DNA of 64,000 bases from Magallana gigas (Eukaryota). The position numbers were made by a program, and so were the translations under genes. Where the stretch lies: NCBI RefSeq assembly GCF_963853765.1, contig NC_088854.1, positions 5,828,001 to 5,892,000 of the forward strand. Reading direction: 5' to 3'. Below are positions 12,580 through 25,129 of the stretch, piece by piece; position 1 is the first letter of the stretch; every line of letters begins with the position of its first letter. The notes under the pieces are model-generated. The model searched no databases and was not told where the DNA came from. It saw only the letters and a program-made list of their open reading frames with translations.

Positions 12580-13416
12580 AAAACAAACAACAAGTTGACC
12601 AGGAAATGTGCATCGTCACAATGAACGCGACATCTTTTTCAAAATAAAACTAGACCTCCTCCCCATTAAAACTTTTCAGCGAGAACCAGTTTACAACCTC
12701 ATCATAAAGAGGTACGACTGCATATAAAGAAGTTACCACTCCATATAATGAAATGATCATATCATGTAAAGAACTGACCTCATATTATAATAACTCAACA
12801 ACGGCATATTATAAAATTGTCACATCATATAAAGGATTTACAATTGCATGTAAAGCTTTCACCACAATACATAAAGGTTTTACCACCATACATAATGGTT
12901 TTAATACACCATAACATGATGTTAATACTGCACATAATGAATTTTTCACCTAATATCAAGAAGTTGCACTGCATAAAAGGATTTTGCAACTGCACATGAA
13001 GAGTGTACCATATAACATAACGATTGAACAATAGTTCATTATGAGTTTAGCTCTGTATGAAATGAGTTTATCATATCATATAAAGATTTATTCATAGCAT
13101 ATAATGAATAAACGACTGCACATAATGATCTTACGACATAACGTAATGATGTTACCACTTCATATAAAGATTTTACCCCTGAATATATAGTGGTGAAATA
13201 ATAGTATATAATGATGTTAGCACTGCATATAATGATGTTAGCACTGCATATAATGATGTTAGCACTGCATATAATGATATTACCATTGCATGTAATGATG
13301 TTACCACTGCATGTAATGATGTTACCACTGCATATAATGATATTACTATTGCATATAAATGAAATACCAGTTCATTTAATATGAAATTAACCTTAAGGCA
13401 GCTATGGCGTTCCATA
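8846..13416. mobile_element. 4.57-kb non-autonomous DNA transposon with ~1-kb TIRs, TAT...ATA termini and 6-bp TSD CAAATC (IS3EU-like)
   Basis: Arms 8846-~9814 and ~12386-13416 are reverse complements, each with a 21-bp minisatellite and a (GA)n/(CT)n tract; CAAATC at 8840-8845 and 13417-13422. Confidence 0.8.
10541..10613. repeat. 73-bp near-perfect hairpin centred on CCCTCGGG
   Basis: TGCAGGGAACAGCTAAGTATGATCTATTGCCC-TC-GGGCAATAGATCATAC[TACATAC]TTAGCTGTTCCCTGCA, with a 7-bp duplication in the right arm. Confidence 0.85.
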
Positions 13417-14269
13417 CAAATCTGTCAAACTTAACGGTATTACGGGTATACCTATCTTTCTCTTCGTCGCCATTGTTGTTGTGATAGACTGAGCGTGATA
13501 TCACGTGGCCGATTTAAGGCGGGGTTTATTCAAATGCTGTATTTATTGTGGACGCGAAAATAATTATAAAAATTATTTATTAATTTCTATATCTTTTTTA
13601 CCCGATTGATATAAAATGAGTAATTTTTTGTGAAGATATATCTTTATATAACATAATTAAATAAATAAATCAATCAAATATTTCTTACCATGAAAAAATA
13701 GGCCACATATACCTTTAAGATGTACATAGTACAACGATGTTGCAGGCATTTGATTATCATGAAATATGACACTACTTTTTACAAGACAACACTTTTTTAT
13801 TATAATAAAGGGAAACAGAAAAGAAAATTCACTTGTACAATTGAAAAAAAAAACACCGATTAAAGCTTGGCGGAATAGTACCACTTCTGTTGAAGTCGCG
13901 GAGCGGTTTAAAATTTGAAAACAAAGCCATTGAAAGTTGCGTTAGAGTCTACTTAGGCATTTTCCGGGGAAACTCTGTCGCAGAATCCTGCGGGCTATTT
14001 GATCACGTGACCAATTCGTATCTATATCCCGATACACATCCAAAAATGATACCTTATTTTTTAAATATTAATTGAATGGAACTTAAGTTACAATTAAGAT
14101 TTGAGAATTTACCTTTTTTATTAGTTTGTCAAGATCTTTTGGATGAAGATGCCCCCACACTCTTTCAAAAACAATACGTGCTTGAATATCCTTTTCTATT
14201 TCATATGGTGGAAAATTTAAAAAAACCCCTTTAAGTTGAAGTTGGATCTTAATATAACAAATACAATTT

Positions 14270-14271
<2 letters not shown>

Positions 14272-14306
<35 letters not shown>

Positions 14307-15419
14307 GAACAATAGTTATGATAAAATCAGCTTAATGGAGTCATAATACAAACTATCTGGACAATGTACAATAATACATGTAGATCCTGTATTAAAAAAA
14401 ATCCATTTCCCCCCTAGATATTCTTATGTTTATAATCCCTTTTCTAACAGGATGATTTTATAGTCATATCACATGTTGAGTACTGAAGTTCTCAAAAAGA
14501 TCCTTAACAATTGTTTACATATAGGATATAAACCTACATCAAACTCTGCACCTTCTTGTGAGGCCGAAGAATTCTCCTGGGGCCAAAGTCTTAACAATTA
14601 TAAAGAATCATCTGGCTGATTAGTTTCTGAGATTTACTCTACATATTCCTATAAAAAACTTTCACCCCGCCCCATCCATTGTGGCCTAACCTACTCCCGG
14701 GGGTGTCATTATTTTCACAACTTTGAATCTACACTACCTGAGGATGCTTCCACACAAGTTTCAGCTTTCCTGGCTGATTAGTTTCTGAGAAGAAGATTTT
14801 TAAAGATTTACGCTATTTGTTCCTATGCTAAACTTTGACCCCCCCCCCCCCCATTTTGGCCCGACCCTACCCCTGGGGAACATGATTTTCACAACTTTGA
14901 ATCTACACCACCTGAGGATACTTCCACCCAAGTTTCAGCTTTCCTAGCTGATAAGTTTCTGAGAAGAAGATATTTAAAGATTTACTCTAAATATTCCTAT
15001 ATAAAACTTTGACCCCCCCCCCATTGTGGCCCCACCCTACCCTCGGGGATCATGATTTTCACAACTTTGAATCTACACTACATGAGAATGCTTTCACACA
15101 AGTTTCAGCTTTCCTGGATGATTAGTTTCTGAGAAGAAGATTTTTAAAGATTTACTCTGTATATTCTAATGTTAAACTTCTCCCCCCTCCCCATTGTGGC
15201 CCCACCCTACCCCTTGGGGTCATGATTTTCACAACTTTGAATCTACACTACCTGAGGATGCTTCTACACAAGTTTCAGCTTTTCTGGTCTTATGGTTCGT
15301 GAGAAGAAGATTTTTGAAAAATTCTCGAAAATTTTCATATATTCCTAATTATCTCCCTTTGCAAAAAGGCGTGATCCTAAATTTTCACAACTTAGAATCC
15401 ACTTAGGCTAAGGATGCTA

Positions 15420-15453
<34 letters not shown>

Positions 15454-15573
15454 TTTGAGAAGATGTTGAAAATGTGAAAAGTTTATAGACGGACAGACGG
15501 ACAGACAGACAGACGACAGACAAAATGTGATCAGAATAGCTCACTTGAGCTTTCAGCTCAGATGAGCTAAAAA
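14272..15573 (+). mobile_element. Pearl/Helentron-type non-autonomous element carrying ~4 Cg170-like ~170-bp satellite monomers
   Basis: 5' AACAAGAGGCCCATGGGCCACATCGCTCACCTGAG; TTTCACAACTTTGAATCTACAC recurs at ~14713, 14888, 15058 and 15228; (GACA/GACG)n at ~15487-15520; 3' hairpin AGCTCACTTGAGCTTTCAGCTCAGATGAGCT then A-run. Confidence 0.85.
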
Positions 15574-16786
15574 TTGACTGTTTTATCTTCCGTTTTCAAT
15601 CTAACATGCAATTTTTTTTATATGTGTTCAGTCCCAAAATTATTTGAATTAATGAAATAATCTAATTTCGAGTGATATACATATACATGCACCAGATCGA
15701 AGAAAAGACTGAAATTCTTAAATTTTAAATTCTTCTTAAATCTGCACCTTCCGTTTATGAATTTATGATATTCAGCAGCGAAAATTAAAATTCATTTCAT
15801 ATAAGAAAGCCAAACTGATACATGCATGCTTCCATTGAATAATTTTGTTTAGTCAGGCAAGCTTTTTTGATGCATACTCAACGTATTTAGAGGCATTTAA
15901 AGATCACCGAATATAATGAGGAAAAACACGGTAGATGCAAATATTCAGGTATCATGACGCTATCGAAATCAAATCGCCTATTTCATATTAATGTTGCATC
16001 AAAGACTATGTTCAGACATCCCAATGTATAGCTTTTGAAATGAAATATGACTATACAAATGGAATTGATACTCGACGTCTTTTATCAGAGCAACATAATA
16101 CACACTACAGATTTTTTTCTCATGATAATTACACGTTCACCATTTTCATTGGTGCCGTTTTTATTCAAATTTTGTTTAAAAAACCCCGATTGTGACAAAT
16201 ATAAATCGCGTAGACGTCTTTCAGGCAATGGTTGTGGATATAGCAAACACCACATTAGCAAATTTCTGCACTTTCTCGAACAAATGAAAATATTTTCTAT
16301 CCACGTTATACATTAGACCTGATAAATGTATTCTATTTAGTAGGATGAATAACTTGAGAAACCAAAATATCCCATTCAAAATCGATCTTAATCTCTTTTA
16401 AGACTTATTTCAGGAAAAACAAATACCGCTTCGATGAAGAAATAAACCAACCATTTCGGCAAACCGCGACCTTGTTATGCTGTTTTTTTACTTGCTTTAA
16501 GCACAAATTTTAAAATTTAAGACAGGCTTGAAACAACTGGCTCGACAACATATATTTCTGCACAATGAATCCCTGAAAACTAAAGATATTTCAGTGAAAT
16601 AATTAAATACAATACTGGATCTTTAAGGAGGAATTTATCTCAATTTAAAAGTAAAGGAAGGTAAAAGTCCGATCTAGTTTTGAACTGATAACTGCTAACA
16701 ATTCTACTTTTTGCTTAACGCTCCTAGAGTTCAAAATAGTGGAAGAAAAAATAAATCTTATGAAAAAACTTGTTATAATTAACAAT

Positions 16787-17369
16787 AAAGGACTATATAT
16801 GATAAGGGCCTAAAATGGCCCCCTAAAATGAACATCATCATTTTACTATCATTCTTTGTTTTCTTAGTACAGATATGTATGTGATGTGTTTACATAATAT
16901 TCATTTTGGTTCAAGTGCCCACAATTTAAAAATACGACATTGTAAAGACAACCTTTTCCCGCCTTTTTTGCATTTTTAGCGTAAAACAGCTTATTTTCAA
17001 GCAGTTTTTCCTTCCGAAAACATAGAGCGCATTCTTGAACAAATAAAATATTTTAATCAGAGATGTATCTAGCCAAGACTAATAAGTGACAAAAAAATTT
17101 TCCTTGTTCAAGCATGCGCTCTATATTTCCCATTCGTAAATAGATAAGAAAAATGTCAATTTTTGGCTGATTTTGATTGAATTGTAGAAATGGCGTCACT
17201 TCTGACGTCATATACTGCCAGTGAGTGCAAATAAATCAAATAAATAGATGAAAAATATATTTTATATCAACTCTTCTAAAAGATTAGTTAACATTTTATT
17301 GTACCCGAAACACTTAAAAAATGGCGAATTATGGGGGCCAAATTTAACTCTTATCATATATAGTTCTTT
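16787..17369. mobile_element. MITE-like element with ~36-bp imperfect TIRs
   Basis: AAAGGACTATATATGATAAGGGCCTAAAATGGCCCC vs GGGGGCCAAATTTAACTCTTATCATATATAGTTCTTT. Confidence 0.65.
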
Positions 17370-17460
17370 CCCCTTCATGTGTCATCTAGCTTTATAAATA
17401 TAAAGCTAGAGGACACATACATATCTTGATCTATATAATATACAAGTATGCATAAATTGA

Positions 17461-17790
17461 AGCAATATGAGCTGAAATCATGTTGAAATTTTTTTTAAAG
17501 AAAATGTTATTTTCTTCTAGAATGACAAAAAATATCATTGTTTTTTAAATTTCTGTTAGCTCTGTTTTTGTGGGAAATGCCATTAAGAAGCCTTAATTGG
17601 GGCAAAATTGAATTATTGTCGTCCTGTACAAAAATCGATTTGCTATATATATTCCTTATAAGTGAAATCTTTCTCCTGACAAAAATGAATGATTTTAACA
17701 AATCTTATTTATTATAAAAGTTTAAATTACAGGCAGACTAGCACGTTTTTGCAGCAAAATAAAATTCTGAAAAATACAGCTCATATTGCT
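17461..17790. mobile_element. Kolobok-like MITE (TTAA target); partial second copy at ~39221-39450
   Basis: AGCAATATGAGCTG...CAGCTCATATTGCT flanked by TTGA/TTAA; the copy near 39221 begins TTAA-AGCAATATGAGCTG. Confidence 0.65.
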
Positions 17791-18221
17791 TTAACTATGA
17801 TATAGACAGTAGCAATTTTAAAAGTAATTATCTTACTAGACAAATTTCCGTTTCGCACACATTTTTCCTATTCCAGATTTTCAAGATTGAGCAAAACGGT
17901 AACAAACCGTCACAATATAGCGTTCCAACATCACACAGCTGTTTTAATGGCGGTTTAGGTATCAGTTTTCGGATGCTGTCGCTCGGGTTTGTATGTTTTA
18001 AATTTTAAATTTGAAGAACATGCCCCGACCCATTTTTTTACAACCTCGAAATAAACGAGTTATATGCTAAATCACAATGCATACAGTGTAAGGTATGGAT
18101 TAGGATTTGAAATTATTCGCTCATTTGTTCCCAATTTTTCAGCAGTATTCAAGCATCTGTTGAATAAGTACTAAACTAACATGTTCCTTCCTCCTCGGGC
18201 AAAACGTTTTTTACAACAACA

Positions 18222-18474
18222 TAGAACCATTTTAACAAGAGCTTGGACTTTTAGTCGGATGAAGCGATCTATTTCTTGCATCAAAACAAGTTAAAATGAT
18301 GCTGGCTTCAAGCGAAATATACACCGATTGCGTAGTCTTCGCTCGAAAGCCAGACAAATCCTGTTGATTTCAAAGAGCCATGGCTGAGTGGTCTACAATG
18401 AAACAGACAGGCCTACGTCACATTGCCGTTTAACTCAACTACCCAAAGTCCAAGCTCTTGTTAAAATGGTTCTA
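18222..18474. mobile_element. MITE with perfect 30-bp inverted termini, probable TA TSD (Tc1/mariner-type)
   Basis: TAGAACCATTTTAACAAGAGCTTGGACTTT ... AAAGTCCAAGCTCTTGTTAAAATGGTTCTA. Confidence 0.75.
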
Positions 18475-18839
18475 GCTCTTCAGTGCTCTAAAATATCCTC
18501 CAGGAGGAATCTGCTGCAGGGCTTAGTACACAGCCGCCTTTTCTGTAAAGAAGGTCACCTTGTATAGCACACCTGCAAATCGATCGTAATCGATTATGTA
18601 TATATACGCAGAGAGGTCGATTTCCGGTTGTGCATTAGATATATACATTTTACTAGATTTAGAAGAATGTTATGCGATGAGTACTTCTTTTTTCTACGAC
18701 AGTTTGCAATATTCAACAGGTTTGCGAACAAAATTGGACTATCATTCATGTTTTGTTTAGCTAAATAACGAGATAAATAAGGTGAACTTTTACGAGAGAA
18801 AAAGTGCGTCAATGGAATACACGTATATACATGTATATA

Positions 18840-19360
18840 CATCTATCGAGTATGATTCCCTCTATTTCTTACGGAAACCTATAGTTAATTCATAGCTCTT
18901 TAGAAATCAACACTCCCCGTTTATCGATTTGTCGAAATCTATAGCAGCTGAAACTGACAAAAAACTGACAGGACTGAAATAGACACTCCCTGTTTATCGA
19001 TTGGTCGAAGCCTACAGCGAGCTAAGAAAATCACGGACTGCACGTAATAATCATGATGATGTCAGATTCAAAGTATCAAAGGAGACGATTTGCCTGTTGC
19101 TTTTATCTAATGTACTTATGTACATTAATGCCGGTAGTAATTTTGTGAATTTTACTTTCTCTTTATATTCCATTTATTAACTAGTAAAAAGAAAGATGTT
19201 AATATAAACAATAAAATGCTTTCTTTGATGATTCATTCGGGTTATGAAGGTAGAAAAAAATTTAAATAACCCGCCAACGCAGGTAATATATTTTTTCTCC
19301 AATGTCGCTACCTTCATATACCACATTAATCACCAAAGAAAGCATTTTATTGTTTAAATA
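18840..19360. mobile_element. Dispersed repeat ending in a ~155-bp palindrome; inverted second copy at ~36395-36935
   Basis: AAACAATAAAATGCTTTCTTTG...CAAAGAAAGCATTTTATTGTTT arms with a centre related to ATAACCCGC-TAAC-GCGGGTTAT; flank GTTTATCGATTGGTCGA shared with the 36.4-36.9 kb copy. Confidence 0.7.
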
Positions 19361-19696
19361 AATTATGAATTTTGAATTCATGAAAACAAAAAATATTTTT
19401 TAAAATCTCTCTTTCAAAGCATAATTCTCACGAAACTCAGAAAAACAATAATGTTTATGTAAACCACATTTACATTAGAATATAGAATGGAGTCCATCAG
19501 AAAAATAAGAACTCCGCGCCTGGATACACTCCAGCGCCCGGTACAAAGGAATGTGTTATTTTACCCTCCCACGAATAGGACTCCAAGGTTACGACTCTCC
19601 CAAGGTCACTGTATAACTATAGAATATAAGCCGAAAGCTGTCCATTCTGCAAGAAAAAACAGTGCGAGGCCCGCTAGGCTGAGATTAGTTATACTT

Positions 19697-20063
19697 ACGT
19701 CGACTCGATATATCCCCGTGAACCTTGAAATAAAATATACCAGAGAGTCTGCGTCATCTTTTTTATATTTGGATATTTTACTGGAAATGGACATTAATGG
19801 TAACCTAATAACAAAACTTTATGATAAACACGATGACTTCAATTTTTCTATTGTCAATTTTTCTTACTTATGTAGCAGTATACCTTCATCACCTGCATAT
19901 GGTGTTTTTGTCTCTCAGATATTTTGATTCACAAGGGCATGCTCTTCGTGTGAACAGTTTCTAAGGCGAGGCAAACTAATGACAAACAAGTTGATAAAAA
20001 AATATTATCAACAGTCTGGTTTGAAGTCATCTTTTCGTAAGTTCTATTGTCGATACAATGACA
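19697..20063 (+). pseudogene. Penelope-like element RT C-terminal fragment
   Basis: IYP..LEIKYT.ES.SSFLYLDILL..D..GNLITKLYDKHDDFNFSIVNF.YLCSSIPSSPAYGVFVSQ, then frameshifted RACSS..QFL.RG...KL...Y....LKSSFRKFY; typical of mollusc PLE RT. Confidence 0.8.
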
Positions 20064-20552
20064 TGATTATAGACAATGAAGGCAAATGTAAAATGTTAAT
20101 ATAAATTATATGTTTTATTTTGTTGGCGAACGTGGCCACGGCCTTAGGACTGCCGTATGTAAAATGGCTAGCCCTATCATTAAAACATTACATTATGCAT
20201 TACATTATAGATCACAGTATGCATTACATTATACATTACATTATGTGTAACATTATACATTACATTATGAATGTCAACCATTAATGACCATTATATCATC
20301 CATCACTCATTATGCAACATTAAGACAATTAGTCCACATTATACATTAATTATACATTATGACATTAAACATTACAATATTGGCTAAATGATTTTGAAAG
20401 ATAGACAAAACAATACTGGTACTGGGAACAAATACTCAGTATTATTTTGCTATCAAATCTATAAAACCAAAAGCGTCGCGAAAAATCGCCACATGGTTGT
20501 TCGAGTTATGAGAGAACAACCACCGCTTATAACATTGGAGGATTAGCGACGC

Positions 20553-21050
20553 TTAGTACACTGGCCGTGTCCTTCGTTCGCCATTAACTGGATGGCTGAT
20601 GTAAAAACAATCATTTTGTACAAACAATTTGCTCATAAAGCTGTTAATTCTTTTGGCTGCAAAATTTTGAGATTTTACATTATTTCTATAACGCCACGAA
20701 GATCTAGGAAGAATATGAGACCAACCAAGAATGGTGTTTGGAAGTCTGGTCTGAATTCTTTGAAATATTTCTTTCATTTTTGTCCGTAAGTCAAGAAGAG
20801 GAACATTACCAATATCATTTCCCCCACAGTGAATAATTAAAATATCAGGAGACGGTTCGTACCTCACAGCAACTGAATTCGAGGGAACAACTTATTTAAC
20901 GTTAAACCGCCCTTGCCCTGCCAAAGGATGCGATAATTTTGTCGTTGAAGTCCTAGATGAGCTTTTTCTTCAGAAAGGCAAGCGCGTTGGAAAGCCCACT
21001 TGATAATAGATGAATGTATTATCCAAATGTTCTTTTCTTGGCCTATATAT
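20553..21050 (-). pseudogene. SGNH/GDSL-hydrolase-like ORF of Ngaro, frameshifted, lacking the C-terminal DxxH block
   Basis: IWIIHSSIIKWA (block I-like), WQGKGG (block II), PDILIIHCGGNDIG (block III), WSHILPR; no DGVH before the stop. Confidence 0.75.
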
Positions 21051-21109
21051 GATAACAAATATGTATATAAGGAAAAAACAAAAATTCTTACTGATTCGAA
21101 TTTTTAAAA

Positions 21110-22070
21110 TTCTAATGTAGCTTTTGTACGCATTTGATGACCATCTACCTTTTTTCATAATTTCTGATTCAGAATGACCTTTCAAAAAACTATCAGAGGC
21201 AGCCCCTATTCGAAAAGAGTGGGAAGTGAAGAGTGAATTTGAAAGACCTATGATATCTATTGATTTATTCAGTACTGACGTAAACTGATAGCGCGTAAGT
21301 GGACTGCCATCCATGTGAATAAAGAGTTGCCCACCAATATTTGACCCGACCGACAGATATCTTTAGTTAGTAAAAGCAAAATAGCTTGCGTATCGGATTC
21401 AACCAACTGAATTGATGAACCTTTTCCTTATTGGTCAGTTTTCGAAACGGAACAGTAAGCTTTAAAAGTTTCCTATTAATTGATTGGTCGTTGATTATCT
21501 GTATGTCCTTAATATCAATAATATGGTGAATGTTATTGGTATTGTTCCTTGTGCATTCACCTACCCTCAAAAAGGCATGATATGCCAAAGAAAATGCAGC
21601 ACAAAATAGGAAGGTTTCAAAATTAGATGAGCAAACATATCTTGAACTTGATATTAGCTTTTTAAAATATCTTGAGTTATAGGCAAACGTTGGTCAATTG
21701 ATTTGCGAAAACGTTTAACACCTTCTAAAAGTTTTCTAACTAGGAAGTATTTTGTACAATCGTTGGTGCATAAAAGTTTGCATTTGAAACTTATTCCAGC
21801 TAAATATGATGATATTGTACTATATGCTAAACCTTTCAGGGACATATGAGCAATGAAAACACATAAGTGGGAAACTGGATGACCCCAAATGTCGGAAAAA
21901 CCACTCTTTTCAAAACTTGAAAAAATTCTTAAACTATTATTGTATGAAATTTTTGTGTTTGCGGCTACAGAGTTTAGTGTTAGCAGTTCTATTTCAGCTC
22001 TGATATCATACTCGTGAAATCTTCTGGAATGGGCAAAGGATGAACGTCCGCTTCCGGTGCAATCGATCTG
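21110..22070 (-). pseudogene. Tyrosine recombinase (N-terminal core-binding region plus catalytic domain), frameshifted
   Basis: SVAANTKISY, GLAYSTISSYLAGISF, RLPITQDIL, AYHAFLRVGE, FTSHSFRIGAAS, GRWSSNAYKSYIR (R...HxxR...W/H...Y catalytic set). Confidence 0.9.
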
Positions 22071-22079
22071 AACCTTGTC

Positions 22080-23940
22080 CACTGTTTACGAGAAATAGAA
22101 TCGGCGATTTAGTTATTATACCCACTTATATGCCTTGATTTGAAAAAAGTATTATTAATCATAGCATAAAGAACTGAAGGGCGAACCATTTGCATTACTC
22201 TTTTCGATTTTGATGTCTTCTTGTTGAGAATTGCCACTAAACAATATTGTCTGTATGAAACATAATTTTCTTATTGTGGAAATGGCTTTTGAATAGCATA
22301 ACTACCAAAACTATTGGAATAAGTTCTAAAAAAGTAATATCAGATATAATATCTGTGTTTTGCCATTCATGAGGCCATTGGAAATAAGCCCACTGACCCT
22401 GTAAATAATTAAACGCCGCAGCCAAGTTGTGGATTACCTGCACTATCCGTGTAAAGGTCAAGGTCAAAATCGGAAAGCCAATTTATTTCTAAAAAATTTA
22501 AGCTTCCGTTAAATTGTTCAAGAATGCTAAGCCAAACACGAAGGCCACTCTTCATACCTTCATTGACCCTTGTGAAATGAGATGGGTGCTTAATACCACA
22601 CATAGCGTCACAGAAACGACGGTTAAAAGCACGAGCTGCAGGAATTGCCTTGGCGCAAAAATTCAAAGTACCTATCAGGGACTGTAATATTTTTAGTGTT
22701 ATTTGGATTTGCCCAAACTCTGTAACATACTGTGCTTCAGAGCAATTGTTTTATCCTCAGGTATACTTATAACCATTTTTTCTGTGTCGATTTCTATGCC
22801 TAGAAAAACCAATGACTTTTTAGGCCCAACTGTTTTTTCCTCTGCTAGCGGAATTCCAAAATCTCTACAAGTATTCTGAAAACTTGACATTAATAATTTG
22901 CACCCTTCAATATCTTTGGCTGCAAAAATGAAATCATCAAGGTAATGGTTTAATGTATCTTTACCTGTTTTTGTTATTGTCACCCATTCTAGAAAACTAG
23001 CAAATTTTTCCCATAGAGCACAACTTATCGAACAGCCCATAGGGAGGCACATATCATAATAAAACTGATTGTTAAATTTAAAACCTAACAACTCTTGGTC
23101 AGCTGGATGTACGAGTTATGAACGAAAAGCTGACTTCACGTCCATTTTTGCAAGAAAAGAGTCTGTACCTAAGTTATACTTATAACCATTTTTTCTGTGT
23201 CGATTTCTATGCCTAGAAAAACCAATGACTTTTTAGGCCCAACTGTTTTTTCCTCTGCTAGCGGAATTCCAAAATCTCTACAAGTATTCTGAAAACTTGA
23301 CATTAATAATTTGCACCCTTCAATATCTTTGGCTGCAAAAATGAAATCATCAAGGTAATGGTTTAATGTATCTTTACCTGTTTTTGTTATTGTCACCCAT
23401 TCTAGAAAACTAGCAAATTTTTCCCATAGAGCACAACTTATCGAACAGCCCATAGGGAGGCACATATCATAATAAAACTGATTGTTAAATTTAAAACCTA
23501 ACAACTCTTGGTCAGCTGGATGTACGAGTTATGAACGAAAAGCCGACTTCACGTCCATTTTTGCAAGAAAAGAGTCTGTACCCAAGTTAGCAATCGTTTC
23601 TAGAACCTCATCAAACGGTGTGTAATGAACCGTGCAATAATCTGGGTCAATGAAACCATTCACACTACTTCCTTCAGGGATTGATAATTGATGTATTAAA
23701 CGCCAACCCCCAACTTTCTTAGCAACAATGCCTATAGGTGATAATCTAAATTTATGCATAGGTACTTGATCGAATGGACCTGCAACAGGACCTAATTCAA
23801 TTTCTTTGTAGGCCTATATTTTTTGTCTTACTTCCTCTGGGAGCTGTTTGGTTGAAATTAAGTTATCACAGGTTGATTCAAAACGGGGACCAAAATAGTT
23901 GATTTTAAAACCATATTTAAAACTCACTAGCATCAAGAGT
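22080..23940 (-). pseudogene. Ngaro RT-RNase H, frameshifted, with a 413-bp internal tandem duplication
   Basis: SPIGIVAKK..GWRLIH.LS.P, KMDVKSAFR, LPMGCSIS, HYLDDFIF (twice); RNase H LYTDSAG, FLELIPIV, FHTDN, IADSISR. Confidence 0.9.
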
Positions 23941-23941
23941 T

Positions 23942-25117
23942 TTAGGATACAAAGAAAGGTAAAGATGCATATTTCACAATTAAATAGGTGTTGTTCCTGG
24001 TTTTATGATAGTTTGTTGTATGGAAATTTTTCCATGAGCCACGAAAAAAGTGAGGAACGGGCTTGTCAGAGCTTGGTTGCGACATAACTGTTTTGTTGTT
24101 TTGATATTTTTCATGACATTTAGTTACCGGGTGTTTACCAGAACATTTCAAACAGATATGACTATAATGACAATATTGTCGCATACAAAACCCCTTATTG
24201 TTAAAGTCAAAGCATGCATTTCGCTGAGGCGATTGTTGCCCAGGCGCGCTTGATGGGGAATTAATATACAACAGCCATAATTCTTGATCGATTTGGTTCC
24301 AGGAAATACAATCATTTCTTGCTTTCTTGATGCGAAATTGTCTATCATATACCCTCCAACCAAATCCATGTGATCGACTAGCAGCAGTTTTTACATTTGC
24401 CATATATTTTAGCATCTTTTGTGCTTGGTCGGGATTGGCTACGAAGTATATGCTCATGTAAATGAAAAAAGCATCTAGCCATGTTTGGATATCAAAAATT
24501 TTGTTTTGATTCACTGGTTTGAAAGACAATTGACCGTTATTCAAAACAATTTTGTTTTCCTAGTCATTAACTTGATGTATATCTAATAAACTGTACAATT
24601 CCACGAATTCCCCCTTCATAATTTTTTGTTTTGTAACATGAGGTACGTGCATGCCTAGTTCATCATTAACGCTAATTATAGCATTGTTCACTTCTAAATC
24701 AAAGTCTGCATTGTTTGAATCAACATTAATGCAATCAAAACTGGTACCTTCACATGAATCTGGCTGATGTGGGTTGATGATTGTTTCAATTTTTTGCTCA
24801 GAGTCCGTACTCGGGCCTGCCAGGGATTCCATGTTGATTGCTGGTGGAGATTTTTCAACCGTTTGTTGGTTTCTTGAAACCACGCCATTATCTTCCCTCT
24901 GGGATATTAATGTCTGGTTTGTCTGTGTCAATTCTGGGAGGATCATTTGAGATACAGATGCAGCTACTTCCTCGATGCTGACTCCGCTATTCGTCGGGTC
25001 TGTTTGGTCCGACCTCTTAGTCTTACCCGGTAGGCGAGCTTTCCCGGCCAATTTCCTTTTTTCGGTCCGCCGAACATCCTTTGAATGGGAAGTCTGATGG
25101 GGTTGCATTTCAAACAA
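23942..25117 (-). pseudogene. Ngaro gag-like ORF1 with Cys/His zinc finger; one in-frame TAG at 24560-24562
   Basis: IFDIQTWLDAFFIYMSIY...WRVYDRQFR...W..IDQELW and CFDFNNKGFC...CHYSHICLKCSGKHPVTKC; the two listed ORFs are in the same frame. Confidence 0.85.
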
Positions 25118-25129
25118 TTTTTCTTCACT

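Larger units (their letters stand above)
20090..25125 (-). mobile_element. Ngaro/DIRS-group tyrosine-recombinase retrotransposon, 5'-truncated and decayed
   Basis: Minus-strand order gag-like (zinc finger), RT, RNase H, YR, SGNH hydrolase; multiple stops and frameshifts; 3' boundary approximate. Confidence 0.9.

Noticed and set aside
8892-13415. ORFs with LYAVLTS repeats and mirrored 60-80-aa ORFs
   Set aside because: They are translations of the 21-bp minisatellite and of the two TIR arms.
13452-13473. Minus-strand ATGGCGACGAAGAGAAAGATAG|GTATAC as a first coding exon (MATKRKI), with an upstream E-box
   Set aside because: No downstream exons found, and ATGGCG motifs are common in mollusc repeats; unsupported without transcripts.
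19487-19696. N-terminal part of the 146-aa ORF as a gene
   Set aside because: Only the part from ~19697 matches PLE RT; the upstream part is an open frame through an unrelated repeat.
20090-20600. Hammerhead ribozyme or SECIS at the PLE/Ngaro boundary
   Set aside because: No CUGAUGA/GAAA core or AUGA/GA quartet seen in the stem-loop.
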